Shown here one piece after another: positions 56,372 to 64,000 of a DNA stretch of 64,000 nt. The stretch is from an uncultured delta proteobacterium. GTDB taxonomy: Bacteria > Desulfobacterota > Binatia > UBA9968. Each line of letters starts with the position of its first letter. Position 1 is the stretch's first letter. The position numbers and the translations under genes were made by a program. The stretch is from positions 1 to 64,000 of the forward strand of contig CAVYTU010000014.1 in NCBI GenBank assembly GCA_963771465.1, read 5' to 3'. The notes under the pieces were generated by a model that searched no databases, had not been told where the DNA came from, and saw only the letters and a program-made list of their open reading frames with translations.

Positions 56372-59300
56372 ATGGCGCTAGAGACAAACCCGATTGCGAA
56401 TCAAGCGATGGCGATCGCGCGCCATCCGCGCACGCGCAAGATCGCCATCTGGTCCGCCTCCATTATCGCCGGCATCGGTGTCCTACTCGGCCTCATCGCT
56501 CCGCCGCTGCTGCGCGGCAAGATCGCCGCCGAGCTGTCCAACAAACTCCATCGCCAAGTCACTATCGAACAGATCAAGATCAATCCTTACGTGATGACCG
56601 TAGCCGTGCGCGGTTTCGCCATGAAGGAGCGCCAGAGCCAAACCACTGCGGTTTCCTTCGACGAGCTTCTGGTCGATCTCGATATCCGCTCGCTATTTCG
56701 TTTTGCCCCGGTGATCGAAGAATTGCGCCTGGCGAAGCCTTACGTGAATCTCGTGCGCAACGCGGAACTGAAATATAATTTTCAGGATCTAATCGACGAA
56801 TTCACTTCTGGACCGTCCGGGCCCACGCCGCGCTTCGCTTTGAACAATATTCAAATCATCGGCGGCAAGATCGATTTCGATGACCAGCCGGAGCAGACTA
56901 AACATGCAATCACCGATCTCAAGATCGGTATTCCGTTCATTTCGAGCATACCCGCGTACTTCGATATCAAGGTCCAACCGGAATTTTCCGCGGTAATTAA
57001 CGGCGCGCCGTTTCACCTCGCCGGCGCCAGCACAACGCCGTTTAAGGACACGCTTGAAAGCACGTTGGGATTCGATATCGACAAACTCGAGATCGCCAAA
57101 TATCTGGAATATTCGCCGGTGGCGCTAAACTTCAAAATGCCGGCGGGACAACTCAACGGTAAAGTTACCGCCGCGTTCAAATCGGGGAAAAACAATCCGG
57201 GGGTGTTGTCGCTATCGGGCAACATGGCGGTCAATGCGCTGGAGATGCAACAGGCCGACAGCACACCTCTGCTCAAACTGCCCAACTTCGACATCGTGCT
57301 CGACTCCTTTGAAGTTTTCGCCAGCAAAGCCAACGTGAAATCGGTCAAATCTCAAGGACTCGAACTGCACGTCAGCCGTAGCCGCAACGGCGAGATTAAC
57401 CTGGGGAACTTAGTCGTTAAAACTGTCAGCGCCCAGCCGGTCGAAGTCAAAAAGGACAATGGCAAACCCTTCGCTTACCAGATCGAGGATATCAACATCG
57501 AAGGCGTGACAATTCATTTTACGGACCAGCAGCCGCAACGACCCTACAAGACGCGGTTAGACAACGTCACGCTCAAAGTCAGCGGGCTAAACAACGAAGC
57601 CGGCAAGAAAGCCAACGTCGAGGTGTCCTTCGAATCCGACGCCAAAGAAAAGTTTTCGCACAGCGGCACGTTGCAACTGACGCCGCTGCTGGCGGAAGGC
57701 AAATTAGATATCCGGGCACTGCAACTCAAGGGGCTTCGACCTTACTACGAAAATGTGATCGGCGTGGAATTTAAGGACGGCCTTCTCGACCTCACGACTC
57801 ACGTTGCCTTCGCGCAGAAAGGAGACGAGCCGGAGATAACACTTTCCGAGCTGAACGCGGAATTGCGATCATTGCGCATGGACGTGCCGGGAGAATCCGA
57901 ACCGCTTTGGCGCGTGCCGCTCCTGACCGTGAAAGACACCACGGTTGACGTCGGCAAGCGTTCGGTCGTCATTGGTTCCGTGGAAACCCGGGATGGTAAC
58001 GGCTATGTCCAACGGGAAAAGGACGGCACGATCAGCTATGCCCGCTTGATCAAGACCCGCGCCCCTGAAAGCGCACCCAAGCAACCGGCGAAAACAGAAC
58101 AGGCTGCTTGGACCGTGAACACCAAGCGCGTGGTTTTCAACCGCTTTAGAATTGTGTACGACGATCGTTCCCTGGCGACACCGGCGCGAATTGTCGTATC
58201 TAATACAACACTCCGCGGCGAGAATTTTTCCAATGTGGAAAAGTCGCGCGGCAAAGTGACGTTCCAAGCCGCCATCAACGACAAAGGGACCTTGAAATTT
58301 GCCGGGACTGTGGGAACTCGGCCCGTTGCGGGTCAGATGGCGGTCGATGCTCAGGGAATTGACGTCCTGCCATTTCAGCCCTATCTGGCGGACCGAGTTA
58401 ACTTCTTGCTCACCAGCGGTAATATTGGCACCAAGGGGAACCTAGTTTTCGATGGCAGTGGCGACAGTCCCGCAAAAGTCAACTACGACGGCAGCGTCGA
58501 CATCGCCGACTTCGCGACCATTGAAAAGAGCAACTCCAACGACCTGCTCAAGTGGAAATTGCTCAACTTGAACGCCCTTCAGTTCAACCTCGAACCTTTC
58601 AAATTGAGCATCGGCGAAATCAACCTCGGCGATTTCTACTCCCGCTTGATCCTCGGCGCCGACGGCAAAATGAATTTGCAAAAGCTCACGCCCCAAAGCG
58701 AGGAAACGAAAACCGAGCCGCCGCCGGAAAAAACCGCGGCGCAGGCGCCGGAGGCAAAAGCGCCGGCCAAGTCAGAGCCGGCGGCTCCTTCCGCAGCTAC
58801 CTCGGACAAAGCGATCACCATCGGCAAGATCAACCTCACCGGCGGCATCGTCAACTTCAGCGATCTGTTCATCAAACCCAACTACAACGCCAATCTCACC
58901 GGCGTCCAGGGAACCATTTCCGAGCTCAAGCCGGAAACACCCGGCGATCTCGACATCCAAGCGCGCCTCGACAATGCGGCGCCGGTGGCGATCAAAGGCA
59001 AACTCAACCCGCTGTCGAAAGAATTGTTTCTCGACATAGTGGCCGATGCCAAGGAGATCGAGCTGAGTCCCATGACGCCCTACTCGGGGCGCTACGTCGG
59101 TTATGGCATCGAAAAAGGCAAGCTTTCGTTCACCGTCAAATACAAGCTAGAGAATCGCAAGCTGAGCGCCGAAAACAAAATCATTTTGAACCAGCTCACT
59201 TTCGGCGAAAAAATCGAAAGTCCAGACGCGACCAAACTCCCGGTGCTCTTTGCTGTGTCGCTGCTCAAAGACCGCGACGGCGTCATCGACATCGACCTGC

Positions 59301-60010
59301 CGATCAGCGGCTCGCTGGACGATCCGCAGTTCAGCGTCGGTGGGATCATCTGGCGTATCATCATAAATATTCTCACCAAGGCGGTCACCGCGCCGTTTTC
59401 CTTACTCGGCGCGGTCTTCAGCGGCGGTGGCAGCGGTGAAGAGCTGAGCTATGTTGAATTCGACAATGGCCGGGCCACTTTGAATGACGCCGCCAAGAAC
59501 AAAATTGCCACCCTCGCCAAAGCGCTCAACAACCGCCCATCAATCAACTTGGAATTGAGCGGCCGCGTCGATGCGGCGACCGATCTCGAAGGCTTGAAGC
59601 GCGTCGGCATCGAGCGCAAAGCCAAGGCACAGAAGCTTCGCGAGCTGGTGCGCCAGGGTGAAGCGCAGCGCTCGGTGGACGATATTCAATTCGGGAAAGA
59701 CGAGTATCCGAAGTATTTGAAGGCCGCCTACGGCGACGAGAGCTTTCCCAAGCCGCGCAATCTGATTGGGCTCGCGGTGGATTTACCGGTGGCCGAGATG
59801 GAAAAGCTGATGATGCAGCACGCCAAAGCGAGCGACGACGATATGCGCCAGCTGGCGGCGCAGCGCGCGCAAGCGGTGCGCGATGCGCTGCTCGCTTCTG
59901 GTCAAGTCAGCGCCGACCGTCTGTTTATCGTCGCGGCGAAGTCGTTGACCAATGAAGAGCGAGCGCAACTCAAAGGCAAACCCAACCGCGTCGATTTTTC
60001 CATGAAATAA
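56372..60010 (+). CDS. DUF748 domain protein (AsmA-like) with OmpA-like C-terminus
   Basis: About 1210 aa, N-terminal TM, repeated beta-rich units, LLKDRDGVIDIDLPISGSLDDPQF, RAQAVRDAL, RVDF. Confidence 0.9.
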   Translation: MALETNPIANQAMAIARHPRTRKIAIWSASIIAGIGVLLGLIAPPLLRGKIAAELSNKLHRQVTIEQIKINPYVMTVAVRGFAMKERQSQTTAVSFDELLVDLDIRSLFRFAPVIEELRLAKPYVNLVRNAELKYNFQDLIDEFTSGPSGPTPRFALNNIQIIGGKIDFDDQPEQTKHAITDLKIGIPFISSIPAYFDIKVQPEFSAVINGAPFHLAGASTTPFKDTLESTLGFDIDKLEIAKYLEYSPVALNFKMPAGQLNGKVTAAFKSGKNNPGVLSLSGNMAVNALEMQQADSTPLLKLPNFDIVLDSFEVFASKANVKSVKSQGLELHVSRSRNGEINLGNLVVKTVSAQPVEVKKDNGKPFAYQIEDINIEGVTIHFTDQQPQRPYKTRLDNVTLKVSGLNNEAGKKANVEVSFESDAKEKFSHSGTLQLTPLLAEGKLDIRALQLKGLRPYYENVIGVEFKDGLLDLTTHVAFAQKGDEPEITLSELNAELRSLRMDVPGESEPLWRVPLLTVKDTTVDVGKRSVVIGSVETRDGNGYVQREKDGTISYARLIKTRAPESAPKQPAKTEQAAWTVNTKRVVFNRFRIVYDDRSLATPARIVVSNTTLRGENFSNVEKSRGKVTFQAAINDKGTLKFAGTVGTRPVAGQMAVDAQGIDVLPFQPYLADRVNFLLTSGNIGTKGNLVFDGSGDSPAKVNYDGSVDIADFATIEKSNSNDLLKWKLLNLNALQFNLEPFKLSIGEINLGDFYSRLILGADGKMNLQKLTPQSEETKTEPPPEKTAAQAPEAKAPAKSEPAAPSAATSDKAITIGKINLTGGIVNFSDLFIKPNYNANLTGVQGTISELKPETPGDLDIQARLDNAAPVAIKGKLNPLSKELFLDIVADAKEIELSPMTPYSGRYVGYGIEKGKLSFTVKYKLENRKLSAENKIILNQLTFGEKIESPDATKLPVLFAVSLLKDRDGVIDIDLPISGSLDDPQFSVGGIIWRIIINILTKAVTAPFSLLGAVFSGGGSGEELSYVEFDNGRATLNDAAKNKIATLAKALNNRPSINLELSGRVDAATDLEGLKRVGIERKAKAQKLRELVRQGEAQRSVDDIQFGKDEYPKYLKAAYGDESFPKPRNLIGLAVDLPVAEMEKLMMQHAKASDDDMRQLAAQRAQAVRDALLASGQVSADRLFIVAAKSLTNEERAQLKGKPNRVDFSMK

Positions 60011-60100
60011 CCGGCGCGCGCCACGGGCGTCAACTAGAAACTGGGTGATTGTGAACCCGCCTCTTCTGGTATAGACTTTTTTTGGTTCAGGAGGCTCTAC

Positions 60101-60346
60101 ATGACCCAGGCAAGAAAGACCGCCAATCCCAAAGTAACCATCATCGCCAGCAAGGGCGCCAATCAAGCGATCAATTATCTACTGGAAGACCGCGACGAAC
60201 TGGAATGGCTGGTGGCCATTGGCCGTAATAAGAATGGCGATATTTTCTTCTACGACACCGGCGGCGATATCATCCAAGATCTGGGCGCTATCGAATACGT
60301 CAAAGAGCGAATCGTGCGCGACTATTTCGGCGAGACGGATGAGTAG
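60101..60346 (+). CDS. Small hypothetical protein
   Basis: AGGAGG RBS, 81 aa, protein-like composition. Confidence 0.75.
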   Translation: MTQARKTANPKVTIIASKGANQAINYLLEDRDELEWLVAIGRNKNGDIFFYDTGGDIIQDLGAIEYVKERIVRDYFGETDE

Positions 60347-60356
60347 GGCGACCCTC

Positions 60357-60409
60357 GGTGCAAAGGTTGAATCAGAGAACGCTGCGTTCCGACCTTGAAC
60401 CTTTGAACC
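60357..60409. repeat. TTGAAC-type degenerate palindrome between convergent genes
   Basis: ggtgcaaaggttgaa...accttgaacctttgaacc. Confidence 0.5.
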
Positions 60410-60415
60410 AAGTTT

Positions 60416-61846
60416 TTAATCCATCGGAATCTTCGGCTTAATTCTTAGCGGCGGCGCGCCCGCCGGCAGAAAATCTTCCAAGTTAACCGTTTCCCAACCC
60501 ACCGGCCGCAGCCGTTCGAATTCATTGCGCCGCGCGCCATCGCACTCCGGAGGTTTGGTGGCGTCGATGATCATCTTGCCGCCGATCCGGTGCCATCCCG
60601 GCGCGCCCGGATGGCCAAACTCTGGACAGGACGGATCCATGGCGTGAATCTTCGCGCCGGGGATCGTGACAATATCTTCGGCCGGATTGACCCGCGTATT
60701 GATCGACCAGAGCACTTCCGCGTAGTTAAAAATATCCACGTCGATATCGACAGCGATGGCGATCTTGGGATGCTGGTATTCGCTCGACAGAACCGACATC
60801 AAAACGTTTTTCGCTTCGCCGTAGTAGCGCGGCTTCATCTGCACCACGACGCCGAAGATGCCCGGCATGACTAACACGTTGCGGACATCGGCCAGGCCGC
60901 CGACGTTACGCGCGCGGCGCAGGATCTGCGCCGACATGGGAACTTTATGGTAGACGCAGCCCTCGACTTCAGTGCCGTTCTGGACGTTTTTGAAGATCGC
61001 GTCATTGCGCATGGTGATGGCTTTGATGTTGACGATGGGATTTTGCCCCGAGCCGGTGAGATAATAATCTTGAAACTCGCTGAACGGTCCTTCGGGCTCG
61101 CGGATTTTTGGCGGGATTTCACCTTCGAGAACAATCTCGGCCCAGGCCGGCACTTCCAGATCGACGGTGCGGCATTTGACCAACTCGACGTCTTCTTGCA
61201 GTAGCGCGGCGGCGATCTCGAATTCATCGACGCCATATTGCGTCGTCGTCGCCGCGGCGAAGTAATACATCGGGTGGTGGCCGATCATGATCGCCACCGG
61301 CATCGGCTTATCTTCGGCTTCATACATCTGATAGTTCGTCCAGGCATGGCGCGGATAGAGCAGGATGCCGGTCTTCTTCGGCCCCTTCATTTGCAATCGA
61401 TGAAAGCTCAAGTTGCGCTCTCCGGTCTGAGGATTTTTCGTGATCATCAAACCGGAACCGATAAACGGCCCGCCGTCACGAATGCCGGCCTGATGAATCG
61501 GCATTTTAGTGATATCGACATCGTCGCCGAGCAAAACTTTTTGCTGCACCGGTCCGGTCTCAACCAAGCGTGTTTTGCCGAGCTTTTCCGTCCGCCGGAC
61601 AAATTCGGGAATCATTTCGTCGCGCGGCTTATCGAAGGCCAGCGGCGCCAGCGACACATCGCCGGGCGCTTGTCCGAGACAACGCCAACCAGGATAGTCA
61701 GGCAAGTTTTCAAATAGGAGCCCGCGGTCGCGCGCCTGCCACAGCAGCGCGCCCATCTGCGTGCGCGGATCGACGGGTTTGCTAATGCGCGCCAACAATC
61801 CGGCGTTCTCCAGTTGTTCGATCCACGTGCGCATATCTTTGGCCAT
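60416..61846 (-). CDS. UbiD family (de)carboxylase
   Basis: DGGPFI, SFHRLQ, AEIVLEG, EGPFSEF, VD.DVDI, IDATKP. Confidence 0.93.
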   Translation of the reverse strand: MAKDMRTWIEQLENAGLLARISKPVDPRTQMGALLWQARDRGLLFENLPDYPGWRCLGQAPGDVSLAPLAFDKPRDEMIPEFVRRTEKLGKTRLVETGPVQQKVLLGDDVDITKMPIHQAGIRDGGPFIGSGLMITKNPQTGERNLSFHRLQMKGPKKTGILLYPRHAWTNYQMYEAEDKPMPVAIMIGHHPMYYFAAATTTQYGVDEFEIAAALLQEDVELVKCRTVDLEVPAWAEIVLEGEIPPKIREPEGPFSEFQDYYLTGSGQNPIVNIKAITMRNDAIFKNVQNGTEVEGCVYHKVPMSAQILRRARNVGGLADVRNVLVMPGIFGVVVQMKPRYYGEAKNVLMSVLSSEYQHPKIAIAVDIDVDIFNYAEVLWSINTRVNPAEDIVTIPGAKIHAMDPSCPEFGHPGAPGWHRIGGKMIIDATKPPECDGARRNEFERLRPVGWETVNLEDFLPAGAPPLRIKPKIPMD

Positions 61847-61925
61847 GAGAAACTCCTCGCGATTCGATTTTGCGTCATGCATATCACGGCGCCGCAACGC
61901 TCTCCACAGTCAGAATTGAAGTACG

Positions 61926-61984
61926 GGAGTGATGGAGTATTGGGTTTGTCCGAACAGCCATCACTCTAGTACTCCACCACTCCA
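61926..61984. repeat. 8-nt periodic palindrome (GGAGT.AT / A..ACTCC)
   Basis: ggagtgatggagtattggg...ccatcactctagtactccaccactcca. Confidence 0.75.
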
Positions 61985-62039
61985 TCGCATCATTTCTCCC
62001 GGTTTGCCTTTCCTCGGCGATTCACTTACTTTCCGCCCC

Positions 62040-63278
62040 ATGGCATCCATCGCGGCTTTGTTCGGTCTACAAAAACTTCCACCGGAAAAAGCGCGCGCGC
62101 TGGGCATCGTCTACGCCACTAGCGTCGCGCTCATGATGGGCGTCAATTTTATTCAGCCGGCGCTGCCGGCGCTGACGCTGGCATTCAATGTCACCGACGC
62201 CGAATTGTCCTGGGTCATGACCGTATTCACCGCGCCGGCGATTTTCTTATCGCCGATTTTCGGCGTCATCGCCGACCGCCACGGTCGACGCTTACTGCTC
62301 GCATTTGGCATGATGGCTTTCGGACTGTTCGGCGCGGCGATGGCGCTGGCGCCCAATTATACTTGGTTACTGGTTTTCCGCGCCTTACAGGGAGTCGGCT
62401 TCAGCGCGGTCATCCCGTTGACGATCGTCCTCATCGGCGATCTGTTGGAGGGCGACAAAGAGATCGGCGGCCAAGGCTTTAAAGTTTTTCTCGACCGCAT
62501 CGGCTACTTGGTTTTTCCGCCGCTTGGAGGGCTGTTGGCGACAATCGCCTGGTTCTGGCCCTTTGTATTCTACCTGCTGACGATTCCGGTCGGCGTAGCC
62601 GCGCTAGTGTGGATGCCGGAAACAAAAGGCAAAAGCAGCCAACGGACGATGACCTATCTCGGCGACATGCTGCGCCTGACGCGCCACCCGCGCCTGGTGA
62701 TCGCTTTCTCGGCGGGCTTTCTCCGTTTCTTTCTCGACTACGGCTTTCTCACCTACTTCCCGCTTTTTCTCGTCCGCGCTCACGGCATCTCGATGGCCAC
62801 CGCTGGCCTGCTGTATATCTTTTTTTCCGTTGGCGCCATGATGACGTCTAGTCAGGCCGGACGGATCGCCGCCGGGCGCGACAAGGCGAATATTCTTTTT
62901 CTCGCCTTCGTCATCAGCGGCGCGTCGGTGCTTGCGGTTCCATTCGTCGGCAATGTTTGGCTGATCGGCGGCGCGCTGTTTTTCTATGGCCTGGCCAACG
63001 GCGTGATTTCGCCGATGCAGAAAAGTTTATTGACGCAGAACGCGCCGGCGGAGCTGCGCGGCGGCATCGTCTCCTTCGACCGCTTGATCCAACAGGTGTC
63101 GAAAACTACGTCAACGTCGATCGTCGGCCTGCTGTTGGTGAGCGCCGAGCTAGCAACGATATTTTGGCTGCTGGGAATTCTTTCCTTCTTGAGCGTCGGC
63201 CTGATGGCCTGTCTGTTGCCGCGCGGACAAAGAGTTGTCCCTACCCCGGATTATTCATTCCACGAAGAAAAACCGTAA
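62040..63278 (+). CDS. MFS transporter
   Basis: G.IADRHGRR, FRALQGVG, about 12 TM segments. Confidence 0.9.
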   Translation: MASIAALFGLQKLPPEKARALGIVYATSVALMMGVNFIQPALPALTLAFNVTDAELSWVMTVFTAPAIFLSPIFGVIADRHGRRLLLAFGMMAFGLFGAAMALAPNYTWLLVFRALQGVGFSAVIPLTIVLIGDLLEGDKEIGGQGFKVFLDRIGYLVFPPLGGLLATIAWFWPFVFYLLTIPVGVAALVWMPETKGKSSQRTMTYLGDMLRLTRHPRLVIAFSAGFLRFFLDYGFLTYFPLFLVRAHGISMATAGLLYIFFSVGAMMTSSQAGRIAAGRDKANILFLAFVISGASVLAVPFVGNVWLIGGALFFYGLANGVISPMQKSLLTQNAPAELRGGIVSFDRLIQQVSKTTSTSIVGLLLVSAELATIFWLLGILSFLSVGLMACLLPRGQRVVPTPDYSFHEEKP

Positions 63279-63358
63279 CATTGTATCGATCGCAAATCTC
63301 AAATTGCTAAGTATGAAATCTGATATAGGTAGTTTGAAATTCCGAGCATCAGCGAGGA

Positions 63359-64000
63359 TTAGCCCAAGTGTTTCTTAAAACGTAGCGCGCTCAAAGTCAT
63401 GAACAGCGCGCCGAAGGCGGCGAGCACGACCGCTTCGTCCCACAGCGCGGCGATGCCCGCGCCGCGGAGAATAATGCCGCGGAGAATTTCCAAATAGTAA
63501 GTCGCCGGGATGAGAAAACTGAATACGTATATAATCATCGGCATGGACTCCCGCGGAAAAACAAATCCCGAGAGCAAAAACGACGGCAACATGGACATCA
63601 AGGACATCTGCATCGCCTCACCTTGATTCTTGGCGAAGGTCGAAATGACGATGCCGATGCCGAGCGCGGGTATCAAGAACAAAAGCGAAAGAAAGAGCAG
63701 CAAGGTCACCGAACCACTCACCGGGACTCGGAATAGAAAAACCATCAGCAACAACACCACAACGGTCTGAGCGAAACCGATCGCCGTGTAAGGCAAGAGC
63801 TTGCCGAGAATCAGTCCGCCTTTGGATACCGGCGTGACGAGTAGTTGCTCCAAGGTGCCGCGCTCGCGCTCGCGCACGATGGCGAAGGCAGTGAGAAAGA
63901 CCGTGACCAATTGGAGAATGATGCCGATCAAGCCCGGCACGAAAAAATTGACGCTCTCAAGGTTGGGATTGAACAACAGCCGTGGCCGGATATCGACTTT
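63359..64000 (-). CDS. ABC-2 type transporter permease (YbhR/YbhS-like), 5' end outside the window
   Basis: IVRERERGTLEQLLVTP, LLSGFVFPRESMP. Confidence 0.92.
   Translation of the reverse strand, partial: KVDIRPRLLFNPNLESVNFFVPGLIGIILQLVTVFLTAFAIVRERERGTLEQLLVTPVSKGGLILGKLLPYTAIGFAQTVVVLLLMVFLFRVPVSGSVTLLLFLSLLFLIPALGIGIVISTFAKNQGEAMQMSLMSMLPSFLLSGFVFPRESMPMIIYVFSFLIPATYYLEILRGIILRGAGIAALWDEAVVLAAFGALFMTLSALRFKKHLG

Noticed and set aside
58552-59439. 295-aa Arg-rich alternative-frame ORF
   Set aside because: Out-of-frame shadow within the DUF748 gene
60416-61846. Calling the gene ubiD of ubiquinone synthesis, or flagging the missing ubiX
   Set aside because: Only family-level motifs are visible, and ubiX is often unlinked

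Overview
This is a GC-rich bacterial chromosomal window. Its gene content and style (many orphan solute-binding proteins, ThDP enzymes, amidohydrolase, UbiD, LigAB) resemble Candidatus Binatia / uncultured 'Deltaproteobacteria'; that taxonomy is inference only. Main blocks: (i) a 10.4 kb minus-strand assimilatory sulfate reduction and siroheme operon (rrf2, HEPN-tailed sulfite reductase, hypothetical, cysH, tauE, hypothetical, cobA, cysD, cysN, hypothetical, sirC/cysG-N, hemD) with a candidate shared Rrf2 operator; (ii) small catabolic units, most paired with a solute-binding protein that has no permease nearby; (iii) a triplet of twin-arginine dienelactone hydrolases and a GST-GST-GFA unit; (iv) solitary genes next to decayed integron attC-like sites, including a bacterial TIMP-like protein. 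Many intergenic gaps hold short repeated elements from several families (7-, 8- and 9-nt periodic arms, plus REP-like hairpins), and no cognate mobilising gene is present. At least 8 frameshifts, mostly single-base insertions, suggest long-read errors rather than true pseudogenes. I found no rRNA, tRNA, CRISPR array, transposase or integrase, and no clear-cut novel defence or mobile system. The best leads are the repeat families, the attC remnants, the His-less LigB and the uncharacterised sulfur-operon genes.
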